Positions 1 through 9,398 of a stretch of 64,000 nucleotides of DNA are shown piece after piece. A model generated the notes under the pieces. It was not told the DNA's origin. It did no database searches and saw only the letters and a list, made by a program, of their open reading frames with translations. How positions within the stretch are numbered: the first letter of the stretch is position 1; every line of letters begins with the position of its first letter. The DNA is from Patescibacteria group bacterium (GTDB lineage Bacteria; Patescibacteriota; Patescibacteriia; SG8-24; DYFX01), in assembly GCA_041659045.1 (NCBI GenBank), contig JBAZZB010000001.1, positions 134,111-198,110 on the forward strand, in the 5' to 3' direction. Position numbers and translations under genes: made by a program.

Positions 1-248
1 GCCGTGTGCTCGAAGCGGTGGTGCCTCGTTTCTTAGAGGGTTTCCGCGTCGAGATGGCACTCAACTATGCATGTCGCGCGCGCGGTTGGCGGTACGGATC
101 GATTCCGACGCTCGGTGTCGGTCAGGTTCGCAAGATGCAAAAGATTGGCTTTTGGCGGGGACTCGCTGCGTATGCCAAAATGATTTGGGAAATCGGCGAC
201 GCGCTCATCCGTGTTCGACTAGCAAAAAAAGAATTTCTGCACACATGA
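1..248 (+). CDS. C-terminal part of a probable family-2 glycosyltransferase (5'-truncated by window edge)
   Basis: 'GFRVEMALNY' resembles the GT2 C-terminal motif; stop overlaps the murD start (ATGA). Confidence 0.5.
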   Translation, partial: RVLEAVVPRFLEGFRVEMALNYACRARGWRYGSIPTLGVGQVRKMQKIGFWRGLAAYAKMIWEIGDALIRVRLAKKEFLHT

Positions 249-1669
249 CGACCGTATTACGCGACAAAAAAGTGACAGTGATGGGTCTTGGTGTGAACCA
301 GGGTGGTTTGGGTGTTTCGAAATGGTTGCTACGCCAGGGCGCGCGCCTCACGATTACGGATTTGAAAGATCGTCACGCGCTCGCGGCGTCGATCGAGGAA
401 TTGGAAGCGCTGCGCGTCTCGCTTGGAAAAAAAGCGCACAAAGTTCGATATGTGCTCGGCGAGCACCGCGCTGAAGATTTTAAAGACGCGGATCTGGTCA
501 TTCAGAATCCGGGCGTGCCGCGCGATTCCGTGTTCTTGAAAATCGCTCGCAAGGCCGGTGCGCTGATCGAATCGGATATGTCGATCTTCTTCCGTTTGTG
601 TCCGCAAATGATCGTTGGCGTCTCGGGCACTAAAGGCAAGACGACGGTCACCGCTCTTCTCGGAGCGATGCTCGAAGCCTCTTTTGGTCGCGTTTTCGTG
701 GCGGGGAACATTCGAAAATCGGCGCTTGCCTACGTGATGGAGGCGAAAAAGGAAACGCCGATCGTTTTGGAACTTTCTTCCTGGCAGCTTGAAAGCCTCA
801 AGGCCGTCGAGCGCAGCCCGAACATCGCCGTTCTCACGAACGTACTGCCGGATCACCTGAATCGATACGACGGCATGAAGGATTACGCCGCCGCTAAAGA
901 ATTGATTTACGCTTGGCAGCTTCCGACGGATATTGCGATTGTTCCTTACGACAACGCCTACACCAAAAAAATGGGCGCACGCGTACGCGGCGAACGTTTT
1001 TGGGCTTCGATGAAACCGATCGCGGACGAACAGAACGGTTTGTACTACAAGAAGGGGAAGGCGATTGCGCGCGCACAAGGTATTGAAACAGTGTTGTTCG
1101 AAGAGAAAGATGTGCGACTGCCGGGCGCGCACAATCTTTGGAACGCGCTTTTGGCCGGAGGCGCTGCTTTTCTGCGCGGGGCGAAACCTCTCTCTATTCG
1201 AAAAGCACTTCGTTCGTTCAAGGGCGTACCACATCGTCTTGAGTTCGTACGCGCCATCAAGGGTATTTCCTATTGGAACGACACGGCCGCCACGACACCG
1301 GAAGCCTCAATAGTCGCGATGGAAACACTTTTCTTGAAAAAGAAAGGTGTGCTTATTGCCGGCGGAGCTGACAAGGAACTGAAGTTTTCCGAGTGGGCAA
1401 AGGCTGTGAAACGTTTTGCGAAGGAAGTCATTTTGTTTGAAGGGACAGCAACACCGAAAATGGTAAAAGCGCTCAAAAAAGAAGGTATGCCAGTCGGCGA
1501 AACGGTATCGTCCATGCATGACGCTGTTCGTCACGCCGCGCGCGCTGCGGAAAAAGGGGAGTCCGTCCTACTTTCACCGGGATGTGCCTCTTTTGGCCTG
1601 TTTGTGAATGAATTTGATCGTGGTGATCAGTTTGGTGTTGAAGTGCGCGAGCTTCACACGAAGCGGTAG
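245..1669 (+). CDS. murD: UDP-N-acetylmuramoyl-L-alanine--D-glutamate ligase
   Basis: VMGLG, QNPGVP, GVSGTKGKTT P-loop, ELSSWQL, DHLNRY, PHRLE, LLSPGCASF...RGDQF; ATG at 245. Confidence 0.97.
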   Translation: MTTVLRDKKVTVMGLGVNQGGLGVSKWLLRQGARLTITDLKDRHALAASIEELEALRVSLGKKAHKVRYVLGEHRAEDFKDADLVIQNPGVPRDSVFLKIARKAGALIESDMSIFFRLCPQMIVGVSGTKGKTTVTALLGAMLEASFGRVFVAGNIRKSALAYVMEAKKETPIVLELSSWQLESLKAVERSPNIAVLTNVLPDHLNRYDGMKDYAAAKELIYAWQLPTDIAIVPYDNAYTKKMGARVRGERFWASMKPIADEQNGLYYKKGKAIARAQGIETVLFEEKDVRLPGAHNLWNALLAGGAAFLRGAKPLSIRKALRSFKGVPHRLEFVRAIKGISYWNDTAATTPEASIVAMETLFLKKKGVLIAGGADKELKFSEWAKAVKRFAKEVILFEGTATPKMVKALKKEGMPVGETVSSMHDAVRHAARAAEKGESVLLSPGCASFGLFVNEFDRGDQFGVEVRELHTKR

Positions 1670-1738
1670 TCGCACTTGAGCGAGGCCGTGGGTGCGTATG
1701 AGAGTGAACTGTGGTATACTGAGGACGGTTTTTCCACT

Positions 1739-2516
1739 ATGATTACACGAATTTCGCGCCGCTTTGCGAAGGCTTCAGTCGTCGCGCTCGCGACACTTCT
1801 GACGAGTACGTTCTCAGCGCTGGCCGTCACGTCGATCGGTACCACTTGGCGCGCGGGTATCACGATCTGGTGCTGCCGATGCCGTCCGTGGATGCAACCG
1901 CGAAACTGCGCGTGCAGCTTGTCGCTGATGGCGGCGCAGTCTTAGCTTCTGATGACTCCGATGCGACGTTCTTGATTGATGTTCCAGATTCTATCACGCC
2001 ACCACCACTCGGAGACGGGGGCTGCCGGAGGCGTATGATCCGTTGGCGACCATTGATAGTGACAAAGGCTTGGTGGAAGCCGTAACGGCGCTCGGAGCGT
2101 TTTGCAAAGGAAATAAACTGATCAAATTGAAAGACGACGGGAATCCCGTGACGCAATATGGTAGCTCAGTCTATTATTGTGGTCGCGACGGAAAACGGTA
2201 CGTCTTTCTGAGCGTGAAAATCTATGCGACGTGGTACGTGGACTTTTCGAACGTGTACGTGATTACGGCCCAAGAAATGGCAGCGCTGCCTCTTGGGGGG
2301 AACGTGACGTATCGACCAGGTGCTCGACTCGTGAAAATTCAAAGCGATCCGAAAACCTACACCGTCAGTCGAAATGGGCTTTTGCGGCACGTGCCGGATG
2401 AGGCGACGGCCATCGCGCTTTTTGGAACGTCGTGGAGCGGCCTTGTTGATGACATCGACGTTGCGTTCTTCTTGAATTATCGCATCGGCCAGCCGCTCGC
2501 GCCGATCGCACCGTAG
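1739..2516 (+). pseudogene. Frameshifted secreted surface protein with lineage-typical C-terminal domain
   Basis: Signal peptide in ORF 1676-1945, Ig-like strand segment in ORF 1846-2085 and C-terminal domain in ORF 2043-2516 lie in successive frames; domain is paralogous to the C-terminus of 12717-13748. Confidence 0.65.
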
Positions 2517-2539
2517 CCCGTACGAGTCCTCGCGGCTCC

Positions 2540-2565
2540 GGCGCGTCATTCGCGAATGGCGCGCC
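2540..2565. repeat. 26-bp palindrome, family A copy 1
   Basis: GGCGCGTCATTCGCGAATGGCGCGCC directly followed by TTGCTG-17nt-TAAGCT upstream of murE. Confidence 0.8.
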
Positions 2566-2603
2566 TTGCTGATGAGGGTGTTTTTTTATAAGCTGTGCAG
2601 GCT

Positions 2604-3953
2604 ATGTTTGCCACAATCAAGAAATTCGTCCCGAAACCGATTATCCGGCTCTATCACTGGGCTTTGGCGCTTTTGGCCGCTGCCTGGTACGCCTGGCCTT
2701 CAAAGAGACTGATCGTGATCGGTGTGACGGGTACCAACGGCAAAACCACCGTTGTGAACCTGATTGCGCGTATTTTGGAAGAAGCAGGGGAGAAGGTTGG
2801 ACTCACCTCTACCGTGAATTTTCGCGTTGCGGGTGAGGATGTGCTCAACGACAAAAAAATGACGATGCCAGGCCGTTTTTTCTTGCAGAAGATGTTGCAT
2901 CGCATGGCGGAGGCTGGCTGCCGCTACGCCGTGATTGAAACGTCATCGCAAGGCCTCGATCAATTCAGACATCTTGGCATTGAGTACGATGTTGCTGTTT
3001 TCACCAATCTGACACCAGAGCACATCGAAGCGCATGGTGGATTCGAGAAATACAAAACCGCGAAACTGAAACTCTTTCATCATCTCGTGAAACATAAGCG
3101 CAAGGTCGTGCCGATGCGCGGCGACGTGAAGAAAACGATCGTCGTGAATCTTGAATCGGAGCACGCATGGGATTTTCTTGACGCTCCGGCTGACAAGAAG
3201 TATGGCTTCCTGGCCGATGGTGCGGAGAAGCCGGCTGGCAACGCGGCTTGGCCGATGGCGATCGTGAAAGCACTCGACGTACAGCTCAGGCCTGATGGCT
3301 CGAGTTTTATCGTGCGCGATGCACGTTTCGATCTGAAAATGCCGGGACGCTACAATGTCTTGAACGCAATGGCAGCTATTTCCGTCGGGTTGTCTCAAGG
3401 GATCCCGCTCGAAACGATGGCGAGAGGTCTTGCGAAAGTCGATAATGTCCCAGGACGCTTCGAACGTATTGAAGAGGGTCAGGATTTTAGCGTTATCGTC
3501 GACTACGCGCCGGAGCCGGAATCGTTGCGCCAAGTCTACGCCGCCGTCGAGCGTCTGCCGTACAGGAATATCATCCATGTGCTTGGCTCGGCTGGTGGCG
3601 GACGTGACGTGGCTCGCCGGCCGATCCTTGGAGCACTTGCGGGCGAGAAAGCTGACGTTGTCATCGTCACCAACGAAGATCCGTATGACGACGACCCGCG
3701 CTTGATTATCGAACAGGTGTCTGCGGGCGCGATCGAGTCAGGAAAAAAAGAAGGGGAGACACTTTTCAAGATCGAAGATCGTCGCGAGGCAATCGCCAAA
3801 GCTGTCGAAATGGCTGCGGCAGGCGATGTTGTCTTGTTGACGGGGAAAGGTGCTGAGCAAGCGATTGTTGGGCGAGGAGGCAAAATGACGCCGTGGGACG
3901 AACGAGTCGTGGCGCGTGAACTGGTACGCCGACGCCTCGGCAAGCTACAATGA
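2604..3953 (+). CDS. murE: UDP-N-acetylmuramoyl-tripeptide synthetase
   Basis: GVTGTNGKTT, ETSSQGL, FTNLTPEH, PGRFE, VDYA, TNEDP, LLTGKGAE. Confidence 0.96.
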   Translation: MFATIKKFVPKPIIRLYHWALALLAAAWYAWPSKRLIVIGVTGTNGKTTVVNLIARILEEAGEKVGLTSTVNFRVAGEDVLNDKKMTMPGRFFLQKMLHRMAEAGCRYAVIETSSQGLDQFRHLGIEYDVAVFTNLTPEHIEAHGGFEKYKTAKLKLFHHLVKHKRKVVPMRGDVKKTIVVNLESEHAWDFLDAPADKKYGFLADGAEKPAGNAAWPMAIVKALDVQLRPDGSSFIVRDARFDLKMPGRYNVLNAMAAISVGLSQGIPLETMARGLAKVDNVPGRFERIEEGQDFSVIVDYAPEPESLRQVYAAVERLPYRNIIHVLGSAGGGRDVARRPILGALAGEKADVVIVTNEDPYDDDPRLIIEQVSAGAIESGKKEGETLFKIEDRREAIAKAVEMAAAGDVVLLTGKGAEQAIVGRGGKMTPWDERVVARELVRRRLGKLQ

Positions 3954-3957
3954 AGTC

Positions 3958-4563
3958 ATGAGTCTTGAACGTCAATTAGGGCTGCGTGACGAGGAATCGC
4001 TCTTATCCGTCGTACGACGAGCCGCCGCGACGATGATTTTGCCGTTGTGTCTTTCGGCGATCCTCCTTCTCGCACCTCTCGTACTGCTCGTGCCGCTCTT
4101 GCGCCTGGGGTGGTACGGACAAGCTGTGATCGGCATTTCGCTTGTTGCTGGGCTTCTGGTAGGCCTACGAGCACTGCTTGATCGACAGGCATCGTTTCTG
4201 GTTGTGACGGATCAGCGCGTTATTTACGTCCGTCAGCATGGACCCTTCGACCGGCATGTCACCGAGCTTTCGTATTCCCGCATACAGCGCGTCTCCTACC
4301 GCGTAAAGGGGCTCATCCCGACGCTCTTTCGGCATGGATCGCTGATTCTCGAATCTGCGGGAGGCGAAGAACCTCTGACAATCGAACGCGTTCCCGACCC
4401 CGCGCGCGTGCAGGACTTGATCAATCAAATCCAAAGCGGCGGTCACGGTGGCTTTGGTGACATGTTGCAGTCCGTTTCCAAACTTGATCCGCGTCAGCTC
4501 GGTCTCTTGAAGGCCGAGATCGACCGCTCGCTCCGTCACCTTCCTCCAGAGGAACGCCCGTGA
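3958..4563 (+). CDS. Membrane protein with bacterial PH domain
   Basis: Two TM helices then VVTDQRVI...GPFDR...IQRV...HGSLIL...VPDP pattern. Confidence 0.75.
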   Translation: MSLERQLGLRDEESLLSVVRRAAATMILPLCLSAILLLAPLVLLVPLLRLGWYGQAVIGISLVAGLLVGLRALLDRQASFLVVTDQRVIYVRQHGPFDRHVTELSYSRIQRVSYRVKGLIPTLFRHGSLILESAGGEEPLTIERVPDPARVQDLINQIQSGGHGGFGDMLQSVSKLDPRQLGLLKAEIDRSLRHLPPEERP

Positions 4564-4576
4564 TAGCATTCACCCT

Positions 4577-5041
4577 ATGCGTAAGACGTCTGAACGCGCT
4601 CCACGACGCCTTGGGTGGCTGGTCGCAGGACTGGCTGTCTCGTCTCTTCTGGCTGGAGTCGGTTTTGCCCGAGAAGCGCTGCGCACCCGCCAAATCGATC
4701 GAGAAATCCAAGCGCTTCGCCAGGAAGCCGACAAGTTGCGCATCCATAACTTCCAGGTTTCTTCGCTGCAGGCTTCGCTCGACAGCGGAGAGTTCCTCGA
4801 ACGTGAAGCGCGGATGAAGCTCGGTCTTCAGAAAGAGGGGGAGCAGGTCGTGGTGCTTCGGAAAGATGCTGTGAAGCCTTTGCCCGAGACCGCAGAAGGG
4901 CCCGCCGCCCGAAGTCTCGCTGAAGGCTGGTCAAACACAAAAAAATGGTGGAATTATTTCGCTGATCCGCATGCCTTCGCCGAATATGCCCGAACCAACA
5001 GCGTTGCCGGCTCGTCCGCATCCGCTCATCCATCACGGTAG
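4577..5041 (+). CDS. ftsB: Septum formation initiator (FtsB/DivIC-like)
   Basis: TM helix, coiled coil, 'LEREARMKLGLQKEGEQVV'. Confidence 0.8.
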   Translation: MRKTSERAPRRLGWLVAGLAVSSLLAGVGFAREALRTRQIDREIQALRQEADKLRIHNFQVSSLQASLDSGEFLEREARMKLGLQKEGEQVVVLRKDAVKPLPETAEGPAARSLAEGWSNTKKWWNYFADPHAFAEYARTNSVAGSSASAHPSR

Positions 5042-5972
5042 GCCGCCTCGGAGCCGCCGTTTTTATGCGCTGATCATCGCAGGCGCCGCGCTTTTTTTGC
5101 TGGTGTTTGGTTTCGGTTTGTATCGCTACAATTGGAACGGGGGCGTGACGCAAATCCTTACGAATGTTTTACCGTATCCGGCAGCGATCGTTGATGGTCA
5201 CGTGATACGCTTTTCCGATTATCAAAACAATCTCACCGTGCTCCAACGTTTTTACGAAGCAGAGCGCGAGCGCGCCGCACCAGGTTCAGCTTTTCCGAGC
5301 GAAGCGGAACTCAAAGCGCGTGTTCTCGATCGTTTGATTAAAGATCAGTTGGCGTTTGGGCTCGCGGATCGTTATGAAATCGTCGTGACATCGGAATCCG
5401 TGCGCGCGGCATACGACGAAACGATTCTCGATCAATCTTCGCTCGATTCGCCGACCGGGAAAGCGAAGGCAGAAGCACGAGCGGCGGAAACGCTTGATGA
5501 TCTCTATGGGCTTCGACCGTCCCAATTCAAGAATCGTGTGCTGCACCCGTTTCTCCTTCGTCAAAAGCTCGAGCAGGCGATTCAGAATGACGCGGAGCTG
5601 AATGCGGAAAAGTATAAAAAAGCCGAAGCGGCCTTGGCAGAGTTGAACGCCGGCAAGGCGTTCAAGGACGTTGCAATGACGTACAGCGAGGATTCGAATG
5701 CGGCCGCGACGGGCGGCGACCGAGGCATGATCGGACGCGGTCTTTTGCCTCCTGAGGTCGAAGCGGCTGCGTTCGCGCTCTCTCCCGGCGAAACAAGCGG
5801 CATTGTAAAGAGCGCTCTGGGGTACCACGTTCTGCGCGTGATCGAGCGACAGGAATCCGGCAGCACGGTTTTCAAGGTCAAATTACAAGAAATTCTGGTG
5901 CGCCCCATCCAGCTTGATGACTATCTGGAAGCCCAGAAAAAGACGGCCTCGATTACGGTTTTCGTCCATTGA
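4986..5972 (+). CDS. PrsA/SurA-like parvulin peptidyl-prolyl isomerase
   Basis: Membrane anchor, SurA-N-like region, 'FKDVAMTYSED...GGDRG...AAFAL...SGIVKSALGYHV'. Confidence 0.9.
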   Translation: MPEPTALPARPHPLIHHGRPPRSRRFYALIIAGAALFLLVFGFGLYRYNWNGGVTQILTNVLPYPAAIVDGHVIRFSDYQNNLTVLQRFYEAERERAAPGSAFPSEAELKARVLDRLIKDQLAFGLADRYEIVVTSESVRAAYDETILDQSSLDSPTGKAKAEARAAETLDDLYGLRPSQFKNRVLHPFLLRQKLEQAIQNDAELNAEKYKKAEAALAELNAGKAFKDVAMTYSEDSNAAATGGDRGMIGRGLLPPEVEAAAFALSPGETSGIVKSALGYHVLRVIERQESGSTVFKVKLQEILVRPIQLDDYLEAQKKTASITVFVH

Positions 5973-5998
5973 ATCTTCCGAAGGATTCCGGTACCCTT

Positions 5999-6024
5999 GG
6001 CACGTCGCTCGCGAACGACGTGCC
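5999..6024. repeat. 26-bp palindrome, family A copy 2
   Basis: GGCACGTCGCTCGCGAACGACGTGCC directly followed by TTGACG. Confidence 0.8.
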
Positions 6025-6042
6025 TTGACGCGAAAACGGCCT

Positions 6043-6116
6043 GCGGGTATCGTACATCGGTAGTATGCGACCTTCCCAAGGTTGAGAGACGGGTTCGATT
6101 CCCGTTACCCGCTCCA
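6043..6116 (+). tRNA. tRNA-Gly (CCC)
   Basis: Acceptor GCGGGTA/TACCCGC, anticodon arm CGACC-TTCCCAA-GGTTG, GGTTCGATT T-loop, encoded CCA. Confidence 0.97.
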
Positions 6117-6117
6117 T

Positions 6118-6193
6118 GCCACCTTAGCTCAGCCGGTAGAGCAATGCTTTCGTAAAGCAGAGGTCCGGGGTTCGATTCCCCGAGGTGGCTCCA
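6118..6193 (+). tRNA. tRNA-Thr (CGT)
   Basis: Acceptor GCCACCT/AGGTGGC, anticodon loop TTCGTAA, GGTTCGATT T-loop, encoded CCA. Confidence 0.96.
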
Positions 6194-6222
6194 AAAAAAC
6201 CTGACTCTTGTCAGGTTTTTTT
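6194..6222 (+). terminator. Intrinsic terminator after the tRNA pair
   Basis: A-tract, CCTGAC-TCTT-GTCAGG, T7. Confidence 0.85.
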
Positions 6223-6265
6223 GTATACCCCCAAGTCCGTAGGAGGCATGTGATATACTGTATAC

Positions 6266-6946
6266 ATGATCCGCCTGAAGAACGTTTCGAAAATGTACGG
6301 CCCCGATATCGTCGGGGTAAAGAACGTAAATTTGCACATTCGCCCCGGCGAATTTGTTTCGATTGTCGGGCAAAGTGGCACGGGTAAGTCGACGCTCGTG
6401 AAGCTTTTGATCGCCGAAGAAAAACCGAGCGGCGGTTCGATCCAGGTCGGCGGCTGGGAGATCGGACGTATACAGGAAAAAGACGTCCCAGGACTCCGTC
6501 GCCAAATCGGTGTCGTCTTTCAAGATTTCAAGTTGCTGCCGAAGAAAACCGTTTTTGAAAACGTTTCGTTCGCGCTTGAAGTCGCGGGTGTGTCCGGTCG
6601 TCGTATCCGTGAGGTCGTGCCGCACGTGCTGCGCATCGTGAACCTGGCTGGTAAAGAAGACCGCTATCCGCAACAGCTCTCTGGTGGCGAGCAGCAGCGT
6701 GTCGTGATCGCTCGCTCGCTCGTGCATCGTCCGAAACTCATCGTTGCCGACGAACCGACGGGCAACCTCGACTCCATCCACACAGGCGAGATTGTCGACA
6801 TCTTCCGTAAGATCAACGAGTTTGGAACGACGGTCGTGATGGTCACGCATAATCGTGAGATCGTGAACGCCATGCGCAAACGCGTGCTGACGATCCACGC
6901 CGGCGAAATCGTCGCGGACCACGAAGAAGGTAAATACCTCATCTAG
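6266..6946 (+). CDS. ftsE: Cell division ATP-binding protein FtsE
   Basis: GQSGTGKST, GVVFQDFKLL, LSGGEQQRV, ADEPTGNLD; adjacent to ftsX; TATACT 6 nt before ATG suggests leaderless mRNA. Confidence 0.95.
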   Translation: MIRLKNVSKMYGPDIVGVKNVNLHIRPGEFVSIVGQSGTGKSTLVKLLIAEEKPSGGSIQVGGWEIGRIQEKDVPGLRRQIGVVFQDFKLLPKKTVFENVSFALEVAGVSGRRIREVVPHVLRIVNLAGKEDRYPQQLSGGEQQRVVIARSLVHRPKLIVADEPTGNLDSIHTGEIVDIFRKINEFGTTVVMVTHNREIVNAMRKRVLTIHAGEIVADHEEGKYLI

Positions 6947-7104
6947 TAGCCTCGCTCGTCGTTCCCTTTCATTCATATGCCGCGTATCTCGGCTGCAAAT
7001 CGTTCAGGACTCGTCGTGATAGCCCCGCTATCACTCGCTCGCCCTTCACGATTTTCGCTCGAGCTACGCGACATCTGAATTGAAAGCTAACTCCTCGCTC
7101 AGCT
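6947..7104. repeat. ~158-bp rod-like imperfect inverted repeat between ftsE and ftsX
   Basis: Nested pairs CTTTCA/TGAAAG, TTCA/TGAA, CGCGTA/TACGCG, CTCG/CGAG, AAATCGT/ACGATTT, GTGATAGC/GCTATCAC. Confidence 0.85.
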
Positions 7105-7106
7105 GC

Positions 7107-8018
7107 ATGTTCGTTTCTAGCGCACGCGTCATCAAATTTGCGCTCAAGGATTTCTGGAGGAATCTTGGTTTGTCGCTCATGACAATCTCGATCCTCGTCT
7201 TGACGTACCTGTCGCTTAACCTGCTCGTGATCGTGAACTTTTTCACGGATGCCGCCATTCATGTGGTTGAAAACCGCGTCGACATCTCGGTCTATTTTGG
7301 TCCGGATGTTTCCGATGATCGTATCTTGGCGGTACGCGGGGATCTGACGTCACTCCCGGAAGTAAGGGAAATCGAGTTCGTTTCGCGCGAGGCGGCGCTC
7401 GAACAGTTCAAGCGCAATCACGCCGATGAACCGGCGATTCTTGAAGCGCTGCAGGAAGTGGGGGAGAATCCGCTTGGCGCCGTCCTTGTCGTAAAAGCCA
7501 AAGACGCGGCGAGTTATGGCCCGATTCTTGAAGCGCTCGATAGCCCAGCCATCAAGGCGCTGGTGGCTGATAAAACCGTTGAAGATCATCGTGCGCTCAT
7601 TGAGCGATTGACGCTCATTACCGACAAGGTACAACGCGCAGCTTTAACGCTCAGCCTTGTTTTCGCCCTGATCTCGCTACTCATCGTTTTCAACACGATC
7701 CGCGTTTCCATCTACATTCATCGTGAAGAGATCGCCATCATGCGTTTGGTCGGTGCCTCCAACAATTTCGTGCGCGTGCCGTTCTTGATTGAAACGATGC
7801 TGTTCAATGTCCTGGCGCTTGGTCTCGTGGCCGCTGCTGTGTTTCCGACACTGGGCGTTATTGAGCCGGCCGCGCGCGCCTTCTTTGACGCGGATGTCGC
7901 GATCGGCGCTTACTATCGCGCGCATTGGCTTGAAATTTTCGGGTACCAACTCGGCGCCGTTTCCTTCCTGAGTTTGATTGCCACGGCACTTTCGATGCGG
8001 AGGTATTTGAGGAAATAA
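7107..8018 (+). CDS. ftsX: Cell division permease FtsX
   Basis: TM1, extracellular loop (FVSREAALE, ENPL), 'IVFNTIRVSIY...EEIAIMRLVGAS..FVRVPF'. Confidence 0.95.
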   Translation: MFVSSARVIKFALKDFWRNLGLSLMTISILVLTYLSLNLLVIVNFFTDAAIHVVENRVDISVYFGPDVSDDRILAVRGDLTSLPEVREIEFVSREAALEQFKRNHADEPAILEALQEVGENPLGAVLVVKAKDAASYGPILEALDSPAIKALVADKTVEDHRALIERLTLITDKVQRAALTLSLVFALISLLIVFNTIRVSIYIHREEIAIMRLVGASNNFVRVPFLIETMLFNVLALGLVAAAVFPTLGVIEPAARAFFDADVAIGAYYRAHWLEIFGYQLGAVSFLSLIATALSMRRYLRK

Positions 8019-8033
8019 AAAAAAGACCGCGCT

Positions 8034-8906
8034 TCAGCGCGGTTCACGGATGAGTTCGTAGAGATAGAAGAGGTTGTCAATCGATTTCGGAGCGCCGGGC
8101 ATCAGCTCATCGGCGAGTTTTTCGAGCTCGACGCGGTGAAGTTCGACGCAGCCGCGCATGAGCGTTTCGAGATGGACTCTCTGAAACATCTCGCGCATAG
8201 TATCGCGTGGCTTCGGTGTGACCATGACGCGGCGCTTCAAGCGTCCGGTCTGCGTGCAAAACGTATCGACGAACGTTGGGTGATCGCCCTGGACGGCCAT
8301 GACGGCGTCGACCTCGTGGCGCATTTCGTCTTCGTCGTATTCTCTGACGATGTGCGCGAGGATGCTGCAGGATCGGTCGTTCATACCGAGTTTACTAGCA
8401 GCGGCGTCGAACGCATCAGTGTGCTTCTGCATGTCGTCGACGCTGATGACGTACGACTTCGGGTTCTTTTTCCGGTACTCCAGAATGATTCGGTACGAGT
8501 CTTCTTTTGACTGGTGGCCGATCTGTAGCATCCAGTTTACGTCGATCCCGAAGTTGTGCAGCAGGAAGCGCGTCACGCGGAGTCCGAGAAAGCTCGATCG
8601 CGCCGTGACGATGTCTTGTGACTGGTGCATTCCGTCCTCGCCACAGGCGCGGGCGATACGCGCGAACGGGCCATTCTCGAGAACTTCCGTGAACAGGCGT
8701 TCTTCATGGTCGAAGTATTTCTCGACCTTGAAACCGAGGTGCGCGAAAGCATCGTCGCTGCGGCCGGATACGAGCACGCGATCGACGTCCCAGATGATGT
8801 GGACGTCGTGCCCTTCCGCGCGAAGACGGTGAATCAGCGCCTCGAGCTCACAGACCTGCTCTGCAGAACGTTGTAACTCTTCGGGCGTGCTGGGTTGAAA
8901 GGGCAT
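8034..8906 (-). CDS. HAD-superfamily-like hypothetical protein
   Basis: IIWDVDRVL (motif I), VTAR (motif II), SVDD (motif IV); SD AAGGAG. Confidence 0.55.
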   Translation of the reverse strand: MPFQPSTPEELQRSAEQVCELEALIHRLRAEGHDVHIIWDVDRVLVSGRSDDAFAHLGFKVEKYFDHEERLFTEVLENGPFARIARACGEDGMHQSQDIVTARSSFLGLRVTRFLLHNFGIDVNWMLQIGHQSKEDSYRIILEYRKKNPKSYVISVDDMQKHTDAFDAAASKLGMNDRSCSILAHIVREYDEDEMRHEVDAVMAVQGDHPTFVDTFCTQTGRLKRRVMVTPKPRDTMREMFQRVHLETLMRGCVELHRVELEKLADELMPGAPKSIDNLFYLYELIREPR

Positions 8907-8960
8907 GGGAACTCCTTGTCCGTGCGGACGCTTCGACGGTAGCAATGAAAAAACCGCCGG

Positions 8961-9347
8961 TCAATGGACCGGCGGCGGGGGATCGTAGCCGACTTCTCGC
9001 ACGAGAATGCGACGTCCGTCGGGGTCTTCGAAGATGGCTGAGCGAAGCTTCTGATCGGGGTCGTAGTATTTGACCGGATCACGATCTAGATCGAGCTCGT
9101 TTGAGACGCGCAAGACCTCATCGAATCGACGCACATCGACGATCCAGAAGTCGCCTTTTGGTGGCGCGACGTGCGAGCCACTTTCCGACGGATAGAACTC
9201 GTACACGCAAAGGCCGAAGTCCACAGAATAGTGGATCGGACCCTTCTTGTGCTGCTCCTCGACGAGCACGTAGCCCAGCGCCTCATAGAACTGGCGCGTG
9301 CGGTCGAGATGCTTGACCTTGATCACGCGGACTGTTTTTGGCTGCAT
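8961..9347 (-). CDS. VOC/glyoxalase family protein
   Basis: 'LDRTRQFYEALG...EQHKKGPIHYS...EFYP...FEDPDGRRI'. Confidence 0.85.
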   Translation of the reverse strand: MQPKTVRVIKVKHLDRTRQFYEALGYVLVEEQHKKGPIHYSVDFGLCVYEFYPSESGSHVAPPKGDFWIVDVRRFDEVLRVSNELDLDRDPVKYYDPDQKLRSAIFEDPDGRRILVREVGYDPPPPVH

Positions 9348-9398
9348 GTTCGCCTCTGAGGTTGCGTGCTTCTACCGTAAACGGGGAACGGAAACGCG

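Noticed and set aside
2569-2653. Hammerhead ribozyme (CTGATGA...GAAAC)
   Set aside because: Stem II is only 3 bp with a ~50-nt loop spanning the murE start, and the required U-H after stem III is missing
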